Positions 22,598-35,265 of a stretch of 64,000 nucleotides of DNA are shown here, piece by piece. The stretch lies in the NCBI RefSeq assembly GCF_000143415.4, contig NW_003314310.1, positions 924,611 to 988,610 of the forward strand, given 5' to 3'. The notes beneath the pieces are model-generated. The model was not told the DNA's origin, searched no databases, and saw nothing but the letters and a program-made list of their open reading frames with translations. The translations under genes were made by a program, and so were the position numbers. Source of the DNA: Selaginella moellendorffii. Taxonomy: Eukaryota; Plantae; Lycopodiophyta. Position 1 is the stretch's first letter; each line of letters opens with the position of its first letter.

Positions 22598-25500
22598 TTG
22601 AAGCCGAATGGAGGCCATGACAATCGAGGCCGGACTCGCTGGCGAATGTGCACTGTGTGTGCAGCGGATCGTAGCAGCAAGGCTACTCTGCCACTTACAG
22701 TTGGAGAGTGGCGCTGAAATCTCCCAGGACGCCAAGTGGGCTGCGTGTGGGTGGCGGAGTGGGTGGCGGAGTTGGCGGCGAAGTTACAAACTGGGTGTGT
22801 CTTGAAGTGGATGCCGATGCACACGAGCGCGATGCGAGCGCGAGTGTGATGCAAGCGCGAGTGGATGCCGATGCACACGAGAAACCTGTAGAGAAGTGAG
22901 CGTGATCGCGAGTGGGAGCGCGATGCGAGCGGGAGCGCGAGTGTGATGCGAGCGCGAGTACGAAGCAAAATGCAAAACCTAACCTCACACGCGCGAAATG
23001 TCACAACGGTTGGTAATCCCGCATTCCTGGGACTTGGGCGCCACCATTAATTTCTGGATTGCCGCGCGCATGCGAGCACGCAAAATCCAAAAGAAATCCA
23101 CAACATCATCATTCCTCGGACTGCATGCACGCAAAATCCAAAAGAAAGATCATGATTGGGATATCATTTAATACCCTCGCTATATTTATACCATGCATGA
23201 TTGGATATTCCAAAGCATCTTGTATTTCCAAAAATGGCAGATGTTCAGCTAAATAAAGAAATTCTATCTGTTTCTATTTTTCTCTCAAATCAATATTATA
23301 GCGTGTGGGCTCATGCAATTTTGAACCAAAGAAACCCAAAAAACGTTGGACCTAAAATATTTTGAAAAAACCCAAAAAACCCAAAACATTTTAAACCCAA
23401 AAATCCAGGCGTCTTGTGGCGTTATTCCTTGAATGGCGTGCGGGCGCATGCCATTTTCAGGGCCAAATGCTGAATGGAGAAAAATTCCCTTTCAGTGCAA
23501 ATGCTGCAAGAGGCAGATGCCGAGCACAAAGGACTGTAACTACCTCACATGACACAGATAAACTTTTCTCTATTTGGGAAAGATAAACTTTATAGCGTGT
23601 GGGCTCATGCAATTTTGAACCCAAAAAATGCACCAAAAAATTCTCGGTGTCATCTGGCGTTATCTCTTGAATGGCATGGGGCCGCATGCCATTTTCAAGG
23701 GCACATAGGAGTATATTCCTAGGATATTCTAACACGCGCGAGATCTTTTTGAGTTTTCTGGAGATCCAACCGTTAGATCGCAACTAGATTTTACAGAATG
23801 GTATATAATGTCTTTCTTGATGACCCTGCAAAGAAGCATCTCGATCGGACACCACATGAGACCACACGAGCCTTACAATGTTTCAGGGGCATTTGCCATA
23901 GATCCGACTGTTATTTTGCTCCAAGATTTTACAGTTTGGTGTGCATTGACCTTTCCATTGACACTGCAAAGGGACATCACAATCAGATGCGGGATCACAA
24001 GAAACTAACTTCACTAACTCTGGTTTCACCAAGATCTACATAAGGAGTTATGAAATGAAAGGACCCTCTCTATTGAAATGTGTTTATGGTCTTAGGGGCA
24101 TTGTGACATATCAAAGGATTTTGCATCAAGTTCTGTATTTGCATGTTTATCAAGCTACTGAATTGCTAAACCCTAAACCCTAAACATGTGGCAAATGCTA
24201 CGTGAAGAAAGATGCCCTTTCTGGGCAAATGCTGTAAGAGGCAGATGCCGAGCAGATGTATCTCAGGCTAGCGAAGGGGACAAACGAAAGCTAGCTATAA
24301 ACATGACGGGATGCAAATAGATTACTAGGCTGGTCCTGCGAAAATCAAAAACCATAATTGAAAACATTGAAAATGCAAAAAGAAAGGTTTATAATATTTT
24401 TGAATTTTAAGCAACCAAAGGAATGTAAGTAGGGCATGTGTTTGTAAGTATAAAAATGCCTCAACCACTTAAATTCCCAAGTAAATAAAGTTGTTTCTAT
24501 TTTTGGTACAGGTAAACTTTATAGCGTGTGGGCTCATGCAATTTTGAACCCAAAAATGCACCAAAAAATGCTCGACTAGCATTATTCTTTGAATGGCGTG
24601 TGGCCTTATATTGCCATAAATGGACGTACATACACAGCATAATTATTCCTTTACACGGCGAATAATCTTGGCGCGGATCGCTGACATGGCATGGCAAAGT
24701 TCGAATCACTGACATGGCACAGCTGGATCGAGGCAAGGACATGATGTGACAAAGTTCAACCTCCGACAGCAAAGTCTAGAAGCTACTCAGTTTGAAATTT
24801 GTCAGAGGAGTCATAAGATCTGGTTTGTCAAAGGATTTGATGTGACATTCAAGCGTGTGTTATTTTTGAATTCTCGAACTCATTCCTAGGTCTATCATTT
24901 TTGTGTGCCGTGTTCTTGGTTCCGCTGAGCGCAGTGAGCGCTGCTTGTGTAAGCGGCGTTGTGGGCTGTGGTTTATGCGTCTACGAGCGGTTGCGGCATT
25001 GCGAGCGCCATTGCGGGCGGCAGTTTATGCGAGTGGCAGTTTGTGCGAGCGGCGCTACGAGTAGTTGCGGTGTTGCGAGCGGCACTGTCTTTGGTGTGGC
25101 TACCGCTTCCTCTTGATATTCGGCACTTGTGCTTCCTGGTATGTTCACCATGGAATGGCTTAGGACCACATTTAGAAATAGCATGAGGCCATATGCCATC
25201 TTGGGCCCTTGCAATTTCATGGCTAGCGTATTGTCATGTATGTTTTTACTTGCTTGCAACTGTGTGTATATCAAGATGGCATGAGGCCTCATGCCAATTT
25301 TGTGAATGCAAAATTTCACGTGGGTGTCAATAGCATGTTTGAATAATGGCATGTGGCCTCATGCTATTGAGGTTGTTTGGTATATTATGATTTAGGCCAT
25401 TCTCCAATCATTTTTTGTATGGTCTTAACTTCTTTTCTGCACTTTCAGAATGGCCTTCAGGGTTGGGGAAAAGGTTTACATTTTGAATGGTGGGAAGAGA

Positions 25501-25710
25501 GTTGCAAAAGGGACCCTTGTGTCTATGGATCGGAACTTTGTTAAACACTGTCAAAGGCTTGGGGAAGGTGACACGAACCACGGGAATATTCTAAGAATAT
25601 TCCATGGCCTGTGGGATTTAAGGCCGTAACGCCTTAAGGGTTGGGAGGTTGGCCTAGGGTTCACTCTCTTGTTCGTTTCATTGGTATCAGAGCAGCACGT
25701 TCTTTTGGGG

Positions 25711-26706
25711 ATGGCGGGTGAGCAAGATATTGATCCTGATGAGGAGTATGGCGTTAGTGAGGATAGCCATGATGATGCGGAAGAGACTCTTGATGATGTC
25801 GTTCTGCGGCAAGGACGCCAGATTTCTGCAGTTCAGAGCGACATAAAGGAGGTTAAGGATTCCGTCAATCTCATTAAGGATTTCTTGCTTCGCATGAACC
25901 CTCAAGGGTTGAATCAATCTCATGTCCGTGATTACCATTGGTACGTCAAGCATGCCAAGGATTATGGTATCGTGGAATGGAAATCATCACCGGATGTTTG
26001 TGATAGTCAAGAGGTTGATTCTTGGTTGGAATTGTGGGAAAGTTGTTGGTCTCACAATCCTTGTGAGGATAAGGTGAAGATAGATTTCTTTGTGACGAAG
26101 CTTACGGGCCATGCTTCTTCGTGGTGGAAGAACTACATCAAAGTTAATCCGAAGCCGACTTCTTGGACTGATTTGACAAAGGTTTTCCGCGCTTCGTTTG
26201 TCAAGAAGTTTGAAGAAGTTGATCTCGTGAATCAGTTGTTAGAGATCCGGCAGGGGACTTTGTCTTTGGATGCGTATGCCCGCAAGTTCCGTGATCTTTG
26301 CCTTAGTCTCACGGGCACCTATAATGAGCTGCTAAAGGTGCAATGTTTTATCAAAGGATTGAGCTCAGTGGATGTGCAGCAGAAGGTCAAGAAGGATTTT
26401 CCAGCAACATTGACTGATGCTATCACTAAGGCTCAGATCTTTTCGCCCGAACCGTCAGTCAACTCGGTCAACTCTGGTCAACGAGATAGTCTACGGAGTA
26501 GTCAACGTGATGACCAGCTTGCTAATTCTTCATATTCGGGGAAGAAACGGTCATTATTCTGTTGTGGCTCGAAGCATGAAGATGGTAGTGAAGCTAAGAA
26601 ACTTCGTTTGGACCAGCGAGAGAAAGACAAGGCAGAGGGCAATTGTTTTCGTTGCCATAGAGCTGGACATCAGAGCAAGGATTGTTCTGAAGGGGTCAAT
26701 GAATGA
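25711..26706 (+). CDS. gag: Gag (retrotransposon capsid region plus CCHC zinc knuckle)
   Basis: KLTGHASSWW...SWTDLTKVFRASF...IRQGTLSLDAYARKF; knuckle CFRCHRAGHQSKDC. Confidence 0.9.
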   Translation: MAGEQDIDPDEEYGVSEDSHDDAEETLDDVVLRQGRQISAVQSDIKEVKDSVNLIKDFLLRMNPQGLNQSHVRDYHWYVKHAKDYGIVEWKSSPDVCDSQEVDSWLELWESCWSHNPCEDKVKIDFFVTKLTGHASSWWKNYIKVNPKPTSWTDLTKVFRASFVKKFEEVDLVNQLLEIRQGTLSLDAYARKFRDLCLSLTGTYNELLKVQCFIKGLSSVDVQQKVKKDFPATLTDAITKAQIFSPEPSVNSVNSGQRDSLRSSQRDDQLANSSYSGKKRSLFCCGSKHEDGSEAKKLRLDQREKDKAEGNCFRCHRAGHQSKDCSEGVNE

Positions 26707-26823
26707 TAAGGTGACTGTGGTGGAAATTATGGGCAATAATGTGAGTGATAGTGCTTTTGAGGCCGTATTGCTTCAAGTTAAGCATTCTCTCGCCTTCATG
26801 AGCCACAAGTTTGATGCCACACA

Positions 26824-28542
26824 GTGGAATTGACCTACTCGAGAATGGCAATATCATCTATATGGATCGGACTTCTATGTAGATTCAAATCATCAGTCTC
26901 TCCAGATATGGATCTTCGAGGTCGCCTTGCTCGTTGGCAAGAGTTCCTGCAGGAAATGTCTGTTAAGATCTGGTACAAGCATGGAGGTGATAATAAGGTG
27001 GCTGATGCATTATCCAGGATGGTAAATTCTATCTCGTTTGTGAAGCTATCCAGCGATCTCTTGGATGGGCTTAAGGAGTTTGCTGACTTTGACTCCTTTA
27101 TCACTGATATTCGCGTGAAGGTTTTGTTGAGGGACGCCTCTACAGATTTAAAGGGTGACAAGTTTGCGTCATTCGAAATACGAGATGGAATCCTGGTGAA
27201 GAAGGGACGTGTTGTGGTTCCTCGTGTTGACAAACTCATCAAACGGATTTTGGTTGAGTGTCATGATGTGCCAAGTGTTGGGCATCCGGGGGTATTGAGA
27301 ACGTATATGTTGGTGAAGAGGCATTTCTTTTGGCCTGGGATGAAGTCAGATGTTGAGAAGTACGTACGTGGTTGTTTGACCTGCCAGGCGGTCAAAGTTG
27401 ATCATCAGAAGCTCGCTGGCCTCTATCATCCTTTACGTGTACCCGAGAATAAGTGGGATAGCATCTCGATGGACTTTATCACTGGTTTGCCCAAAACCTT
27501 TCGAGGAAATGATGCTATTTGGGTTGTTGTGGATCGTTTGACGAAGATGGCTCACTTCTTCCCTGTGAAGACAACGATAAAAGCTTCTGAACTTGCTCAG
27601 TTGTTTGTAGACTGGTTATTCAGTCTCTATGGTTTGCCGGGTGACATTGTGAGTGATCGGGATCCTAAGTTCACGTCCAAGTTTTGGCAAACGGTCTTTG
27701 AAAAACTAGAGACTAAACTGAGCATGAGTAGTGGTGAGCATCCACAATCTGATGGGCAGACAGAGCGCATGAATCAGCTATTAGAAGATATGCTACGGTC
27801 TTTTGTGGGAAACTTGACTCGACAGGGAGTATGGGAAAAATACTTGCCTTTGCTTCAGTTTGCTCACAATAGCGCTCATCAATCGGCTATTGGCATGTCT
27901 CTTTTTATGGCGATGTATGGTTATGAGCCTAGGTCTCCTGTGAGTTTGAATTTGGCTTTGGTTCAGGTTCCTCATGCTTGTGATTTCCTGGAGGATATGC
28001 AAGACAAGCTTGAGTTGGCAAAATTGAACATGAGGCAAGCTCAAGAACGAGACAAAAGATTGGCTGATGAGCATCGTCGTCATCAAGAGTACAAAGTTGG
28101 TGACAAGGTTTTCCTTAAGCTGTCGGATGCACAACGGTGTCTAAAAGGAGGTGGCAGTGCTAAGTTGTCTCCACGGTATTGTGGACCTTGGACAATTTTA
28201 CAGCGTGTAGGGGATCTTGCATACACTTTGGACTTGCCAGTTAGTTCGAAGATTCATCCAACGTTCCATGTGAGCAAGCTTAAAGCGTGTTTGCACTCTG
28301 GTGATATCGTGGATCAGTCCATTATCCAGGTTCCAGAGATTGATGCAGAGAAGGCTGGTCCGGCCAATATTCTTGCTCAAAGATTGGTGAAAACACGCCA
28401 GAAAACAACTAGGGAGTTGTTAGTTCAATGGAATGGTTATTCCATGGACGAAGCTACATGGGAAACTGAGGATGACGTGAAGAGAGTGTTTCCGAGTTTT
28501 GGTTATGACTTGGATGACATTCCTGAGGACGGGGAGAATTGA
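26824..28542 (+). CDS. Truncated Pol: RNase H C-terminal tail, integrase (HHCC, DDE, GPY/F) and chromodomain; no protease or RT
   Basis: RLARWQEFLQ...NKVADALSR; HDVPSVGHPG...CLTCQ; SMDFITGLP, IVSDRDPKF, DGQTERMNQ; KLSPRYCGPW; LLVQWNGYSMDEATWE. True start uncertain. Confidence 0.88.
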   Translation: MELTYSRMAISSIWIGLLCRFKSSVSPDMDLRGRLARWQEFLQEMSVKIWYKHGGDNKVADALSRMVNSISFVKLSSDLLDGLKEFADFDSFITDIRVKVLLRDASTDLKGDKFASFEIRDGILVKKGRVVVPRVDKLIKRILVECHDVPSVGHPGVLRTYMLVKRHFFWPGMKSDVEKYVRGCLTCQAVKVDHQKLAGLYHPLRVPENKWDSISMDFITGLPKTFRGNDAIWVVVDRLTKMAHFFPVKTTIKASELAQLFVDWLFSLYGLPGDIVSDRDPKFTSKFWQTVFEKLETKLSMSSGEHPQSDGQTERMNQLLEDMLRSFVGNLTRQGVWEKYLPLLQFAHNSAHQSAIGMSLFMAMYGYEPRSPVSLNLALVQVPHACDFLEDMQDKLELAKLNMRQAQERDKRLADEHRRHQEYKVGDKVFLKLSDAQRCLKGGGSAKLSPRYCGPWTILQRVGDLAYTLDLPVSSKIHPTFHVSKLKACLHSGDIVDQSIIQVPEIDAEKAGPANILAQRLVKTRQKTTRELLVQWNGYSMDEATWETEDDVKRVFPSFGYDLDDIPEDGEN

Positions 28543-31500
28543 GTTCTATAGCCGTATTGCTATATGATTTGAGCCGTTTGTTCTATTCTCATTCTCTTGT
28601 TTTCCATGACCGTATTGTCATGTGAGAAAGCCGTATTGCTTTCTTTCTTTCGTGACCATTTGTTGCGACGTTGGTGTTGCCGTTTGCACATCTTTTCTCC
28701 ATGGCCGTATTGCCTTGGACTCCCTTCATTTGAGGCTCGTTTAGCTTCTCGAGGCTACCGTATGTGGCTGGGTCATGAGAGAGGGGAGAATGACACGAAC
28801 CACGGGAATATTCTGAGAATATTCCATGGCCGGTGGGATTTAAGGCCGTAACGCCTTAAGGGTTGGGAGGTTGGCCTAGGGTTCGCTCTCTTGTTCGTTT
28901 CAGAAGGCAATGCTGCTGTATCAGTAGAGACTGTCTTCGATGGGAATGTGGTCGCTATTGAACGAGGAGAGATAGTCGCCGGGGTAAATGTTGTTGTTGC
29001 CTTGAAAAATCTTCAGAAGAAAGCAGATGTTGGGGACAGCGCAAGTGCGACGCATGTTCCCTCCGTGGATCTTAAGAACCGTGCTACATGGATTCAGGCG
29101 AAGGTGTTTCTAAACAACCCCGAGGGGGAGGTGGTAGCTGAGGGCTTAGCCACAGTTGTCGATCCAAGAGATGCGGTTGCTAATCAAGAATTGGCCTGAG
29201 ATGATATTGGAGTTGCGATTTTAGAGGTTGTTGACACAAGAAAACAGTCTGACTATTGGAAGCATTGTGCGGTGGAAATTGAGGCACTTAGTGTTTGAGA
29301 ATGTGAAGGATTCACAATCAAACACCACTACAACTGATGACAGAACATCTCTTCATGGGAAAAGAAAGTACACCTTCCTAAAGCGCAACCAAAGGGATCT
29401 GAGCAACGAACCGAAAAGGCAGAAAATGGCGATGGAGGTTTGAATGGTCTCGACAGTTGCTTGTTGCAAGAGGAGGTGCTGTCAACATGCTGATTGGGAT
29501 GCTATTGAAGAGGAGAGAGCAAGATACAAGACATTATCCTGGAAGGCAGCTCGCAATTTTGTGTATGAGGCATTACGGTCATCTGTTGATGCTTCAGAAC
29601 ATCAGGTGGGAAGCATGGTCTTCCAGAGGGGTTTGGTCTGCATGAAGGCATGGAGAATCATTTATGGAGTCCCTCGAACCACATTCTACAGAATCAAAAC
29701 TGAGTTCGAGGAACAAAGGGTTCAACAGGCAGTCCATGGGAACGATGGTACGCACAAAACCAGGGGTCATGTTGTATATGGAGAGGCAATCTTCAAGAGG
29801 TTTGTCGAGACATGTAGCGAGCAGCAACCACATAAAACCCGCCTCTTGGAAGATGGAACACGAGACACCCAACAAGTTCTCCCTTCCATGTATACCAAGG
29901 GGGCCATATTAGAAGATGTGAATCGGGAACTCCAGAGTAATGGCTACAGAAAGCTGAGCCAATCTAGATTTAGTAGATTGTGGAGCAACAGGTTCAGGGA
30001 TGTGAGTATAGGAAAGTACTCCAGCTTTTCAAAGTGTGACGAGTGCACTGCTATCAAAATGGCTTTGTCGAAGAATTCTTGCAGCGCTCAAGAGCGAGAG
30101 ACGTTGGTTAGAAGGCGGCTCGACCACAACATCGAGCAGAGAAGCTGCAGGACTGCATATTATCATAACAGGATTCTCTCCATGGAGAGACCTGACTCTT
30201 ACCTCTGCATCATCCACGACAAAATGGACTAGAAAAAGACGTGCTTACCTCGACTCAATCCTGCCCCCAAGGCAATCTCTTCATCCATGCAGCTGCCTGT
30301 GTCTCTGTTTGGCATAATCGCTCATGGGCATGGTGCCCAGAACTATGGGAACTTCTTTGTACCTCTATGGGGTGGCGGGGGTGCAAACATGATGATTGCG
30401 TCCCTAGCAAAACACTTAAGCTCTCTGCAAAGTGCGCAGACTGAGCTGAACGGCCAACCCTTGCATAAGGCCCTTGTCGATCGAACCCCATACAGGGTTC
30501 AGCTGGAGGAGGAGCAAAGGCTTGCAGTATCGCGTGGGGACCCATGCCATCCCAGTGAATATGTTGGCCGTCAGATTGTAGGGTTATCACGTGAGGCCTC
30601 ATGCCATTCCGACGAGGCTGGTCGCCCGGTGAATGCACAGCCTCATCCAAATGAAGCAAAATCTCAAGGAAGTTCTTGCGGCCGATGTGGCCTTCCACCC
30701 CATCTTCTGCTCCAAACAGACAATGCTGGCAGTGAGAACAAAAACATGTACGTCTTCGCGTACTTGGCGATGCTTGTTGCCAAAGGCATATTTGAAACGG
30801 TTACACTTGGCTTTCTCATGGTTGGGCACACTCATGAAGACATCGATGCCATGTTCAGTCACCTGGCAGAGTCCCTCCGGCGATCCAATGTCCTCACCCT
30901 CCCACAACTCTACGATGAATTCCAAAATTGCATCAAAGGAACTGTTGAAGCTGCACTTGTGACAGAGGTTCCAGACTTTAAAGGGTTTGTAAGAGGCTAC
31001 ATCAGGGATGGATCCGAAACGCTGATTGGCCACTCCAAGCCTCTTCAGTTTCATTTCAGCATGCGTGACGGTGCTCCAGTGATGAGGTACAAGATGAGAG
31101 AATGGGACACAGTGTGGCTGCCAGTAGATGGCATTGAACTCTTCAAGAGAGATCCCATAACTGGGGAACCTATGATTCCTCAGGGTTCCCCACGGCCGAT
31201 GCACCCGGATGGACTCAAAGGCCAGGAAAGTATAGTGGCCGGGATTAGACAGCATATTGCCTTCTGGAAGAGGGGGTTGGTGTTTGGTGGAGAATCCTAT
31301 TTTCAGAGGTGCAAGCCTTTGCTCGAATACTGGGAGAAGATTATATCTGCTATCCAAAATGGGCCGGTTGTATATGAAGAATTGGAAGAGTCCTTTTGGC
31401 CAGAACCCAGAGCACCAGATAGTAGCGGAACAATGTCCTCTGGAAATGCAGTGACAGATAACGATGTTGAGGATCACTATTGTGGGCCGAGGAACAAGAA

Positions 31501-33667
31501 GCCGGATTCAGCATTCAATCCAGTACAGGTCTGCAAAGGAATGGTCGTGCTTGTCAGACCTAGTAATAAAAAACAAATGATATGGGTGGGGCGCTACATC
31601 ACTGATGCAGAGGAGGACGCGGAAACTAACTCCTTCAATGTAACTGTGGAGTGGTTCAAGCCAAGTTCCGGATATACGAAGGATTGCCTAGAAAAGAGAT
31701 GGGTGCTGAATCCAAGGGATCCCAGCATGAGCATATCGGTGGATAATGTTGTGCATGGTTGGATGCGGAAGCAGAGTGCCACCATCACCTTGCCAGACCA
31801 TGCAAGAGATGCAGCAAGAGCATTCATAACCCGGGTTCAAGGTGAGACTCATTAATATTCCTTTACTAAGTTTCTAATGTATTTTATTTCAAGGTGAACA
31901 ATCCGAATCTGAATCAGAGGAGGCGTGATGGCATGTGGCCTGAGATGATGTGACATATGCATTTACCAATCACACGTGCATAAATCTAATAATATGGCGT
32001 GTGGCCCATATTAATGGCACATAAACCCATATTGTGGGCTTACGTGCTTTATGTACCATCATTCCCTTGCAGCGTGTGTGTTGGTTTCCTTTTATAACAC
32101 AACGAACTCCATATTTTAGGGTGAAGAGCGTTCTCATGGCAAGCACAAAATCTGTAAGTGAGGCAGAAAAGGAGACGAAGAAGGAGATAGGTGAAGATGT
32201 AGAATATATAAGTCTTCCAAACTCCCCGTACTATACTCCAGGTGATCATTTTTCTGAACAAACGGCAACATTAACAACTATCGAGAATGCCTCAGTAACG
32301 TCAAAGACAACAATCCAAAGCAAAACAACTGACCCGGAGAAGGATGATAGTACCGCTGAGAGTACCAAAAAGGAGGTGTCCACTAGCGCTTAGGCTTATA
32401 ATGGCGTGTGCCCTCATGCCATTTACTTGATCACCAAATACCTTTTTCCCTTTGCACTAGTATATCTTAATACCGGTCTGAGAAATAGAATGGCATGTGC
32501 CCTCAGGCCTTTTACTAAATCACCTTTGAAAGAAATGCAAGCCTCTATGTCGTAAAAAAAAGGTACTAGAGAAATTCCTTAATAATATGAATGTTATTTA
32601 GTTTCATGAAAATACACTAAGGGTCAAATGAGTTAAATGACTTCTCCAGACTAGCAATGCCTCTTGCTACACCTTCACAATTAGATTCGTTAGAAAAAGA
32701 TAACATTGAATAATATCTAAATGTTCTCACCATTAAGTGATATGTCTGGCTAATAGGAATGACGTTCATCTTGGAAAGCTCACCACACGCTCAATGAACA
32801 AACAAATAGTGTGTGCGCGCATGCCATTGCTCTTCTTTAGCTTCAGATTCGGCTTGTTCACCTTGACAATGAGATTTATTATACAACCAGATGGACTCAG
32901 TCTGGACATAAAGTCACCGCGCTAGTCACCATGCCCCAGATATGTCTAGCCCCTGGACAAAAAACATATAATTTCACGTCATTTTCAAATACTTGAAAAT
33001 TTGTACCTAGTCCCATTTTACTAAATAAATCCCACTTTAACGAAATAGAGCTTTTGTGGGAAATGCAAAATTTCCCTAAGGGTGGATTCCCAACCTCTCC
33101 GATTTGGCGAAGTGGATGCTCCAAAGGGGGGTAAGGTAGCCAAATAATAGGGCCATGGGCAACCCTAGCACCAATTATGATAACTAAAACTTAATGTCAA
33201 AGGTGGCACGATATCAGAGAGAGGATGATGGTATCCTCAAGTAAAGAACTTCCTAGGATAGGGAAGTGGAGTTGCACCATGTGCAATGTAAGGTGTCGGA
33301 GACACCTAGGAAATTGACTCTGAGAAGTCAAAACTAAAAGTTCCAAAGTGCAAGGTTATGTCAATGGAATCTGAGACTACTCGAGAATGAGTAGTGGAAT
33401 TGAGTTAGAGAGGGAGTCTCTAACGGGTTTAGCGAGAACTGAACCAATAAAAGGGAGCAAACCACCCCAGGTGGTCAAATGAGTCTCTATATTGGAGAGA
33501 CTATGCTCCTTAAAGGATGGACAAGGCATGGTGCGCCTTTGGTGTCAAACCATAGACAAATATTGGTTGGGTGCCAAGGATGGAACTGGTAATACATGTG
33601 GGTGTTACTTTATAAGAGGGTTTACCGTTCGATGAGGACATCGAACTTCGTCTATGGGTGGTGGAGT

Positions 33668-35265
33668 TGTGAGACACAAAATCCCTAGGCCCCAAAGTGG
33701 AGCTGAAAGGGTGCCACGTGGTAGTGGCCGAAGCAAAAGCCAAACGAGCGTAACACATTTGGACTAAAAGGCTCCGACTTGAGAGGTTGAGAGCGGGGGT
33801 GGAACTCCCAACGGAGTGCTCAAGGAACGAGCATGAAACGAGCAATAAGCGAGGCTCCAAAAAGGGACCCAAAGGGACCAACACATGACACGTGGAAGTG
33901 TCTGAGATGGACCCGAAGTGGAGTCCGAGATGGACCCGAAGTGGAGCCCGAGATGGACCCGAGATGGAGTCCGAGGCGGACCGAGACGGAGTCCGAGATG
34001 GAGTCCTAGATGGACCCGAGATGGAATCTGAGATGGAGTCCGAGAAGGACCCGAGATGGAGTCCGAGGTTGAGACTGAGACCGAGACCGAGACTGAGACT
34101 GAGACCGAGACCGAGACTGAGACTGAGACCGAGACCAAGACCGAGACCGAGACTGAGACCGGGACCGAGACCGAGACCGAGACCGAGGCCGAGGCCGAGT
34201 CCGGGTCCGAGTCCGAATCTGAGTCCAAGTCCAAGTCCGAGTTTGAGTCCGAGTCCGCGTTCGAGTTTGAGAGGGTGAAAGCCCAAAGCGTTCGTCTCCC
34301 AAACCCTAGGGGGTTTGGTGAGCTCCAAAAGTATAGTAAGGGGGAGGATTGCAGTGGAGCCAGTTTGGCCAGGAAAGGCCAATTTGGCTTAAAGAGGCTG
34401 CATCCAGTGTTGGGTGATGAGCTGACCATTGGGAAGTCCAAGACTAGAGTGAACACGGACCGACAAGCGGGGTAGCTTGGTGAAGTGTTCAAGAGACGGC
34501 TCTAGTTCCCCCGGGAGATCGTCTGGCCAATGCTCCCAGTCCAAGTGTGGGTGGCACTACCTACTTGGATATCTAGTGTGGCTCAATGGAACCTCGCTCT
34601 AAGCCCATGGCTAGAGCACCTAAAGGCGAAAGCCAGGGAAAGTACCCACGAGGCCCGCGTAGGGCCACGGTGTTCCGAAATGTCGTCCCAAAGTCCCAGA
34701 CTGTGGAAAGGAAGAGGAGTAGTCCTCTGGTGTGGTGACCAAGGACACGGTCACACAGGGAAGAAGTCCTAGAGGACAGTGGGACTTAGTGGTCGGGCCC
34801 GTGGGCCTTGACCCAGTGGTAGTGTTAGCGAGCACGGCCAAGGACGAAAAGGGACTTGGTGGGGACTGGAACGGAGACATTGGGGAAGGCTAATCCCTAT
34901 GTCTACGGGCATCCTAAGGATGCTAAGGAGCGGATCTAGGATGATCACTCATGGATGGATGGCCCAGTCTTTGAGTGACGGGACTGGGATGCAGTGGTGT
35001 CAGACCATCGTTGTGACCAAGGTGAATGGACATGGCCTTAACGTAACAGGTTGATATGTTGGTGGTACCTTGGGGTGTCGGTCATGGGATCGGACACATG
35101 GAGCACTTGGACCAAGTGCATAGGTTGAGTGGCGGGGATGCCATTCTTGGGGCTAGTAAGCCCAAGTCCAAAATAGGACTTACGGAGGTTGTGAGTGAGA
35201 CTCCTCCAAATGGTCGGAGGTGTGGTTAAGTGACTAAAGTAAAATGGAAAAATTAGTCGCTTACA
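33668..35265 (+). repeat. ~1.6 kb LTR (TGTGAGACAC...AATTAGTCGCTTACA) with internal minisatellite
   Basis: TG...CA ends. The same termini recur at 36122-37732, 46811-48450 and 46323-49481. GAGATGGAGTCC/GAGATGGACCC and GAGACC/GAGACT arrays at about 33900-34260. Confidence 0.8.

Larger units (their letters stand above)
25569..28902 (+). mobile_element. Ty3/gypsy chromovirus, non-autonomous, 3,334 bp
   Basis: 112-bp TG...CA LTRs at 25569-25680 and 28791-28902 (3 mismatches). TSD GAAGG at 25564-25568 and 28903-28907. PBS TGGTATCAGAGC (tRNA-iMet) at 25682-25693. PPT GAGAGAGGGGAGAA at 28777-28790. Confidence 0.95.
25450..31928 (+). pseudogene. Transposase, copy 2 (disrupted)
   Basis: Chromovirus inserted at 25569-28902. 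Extra stops at 29197-29199 and 29441-29443, a 2-bp deletion near 29237, and the shared TAG at 30230-30232. Confidence 0.82.
16577..33053 (+). mobile_element. Same transposon, copy 2, with nested chromovirus
   Basis: TIRs 16577-16600 and 33030-33053. TSD TTGT at 16573-16576 and 33054-33057. Empty-site homologue near 39165-39195 (reverse complement). Colinear with copy 1. Confidence 0.92.
1..35265 (+). mobile_element. Host LTR element (non-coding or decayed internal region) into which transposon copies 1 and 2 inserted
   Basis: Internal pieces 1-703, 14117-16576 and 33058-33667 are colinear with reverse-strand copies at 38559-42800 and with the post-PBS region near 44125-44615. PPT-like GGGTGGTGGAGT precedes the 3' LTR at 33668. 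Confidence 0.7.

Noticed and set aside
704-33053. Copies 1 and 2 as a tandem duplication or assembly artefact
   Set aside because: Distinct TSDs, flanks, substitutions and indels.
33510-34492. Long GL/SV/RP/ET-repeat ORFs (also 36972-38462, 46907-47564, 48900-49293)
   Set aside because: Translations of stop-poor LTR minisatellites in several frames.
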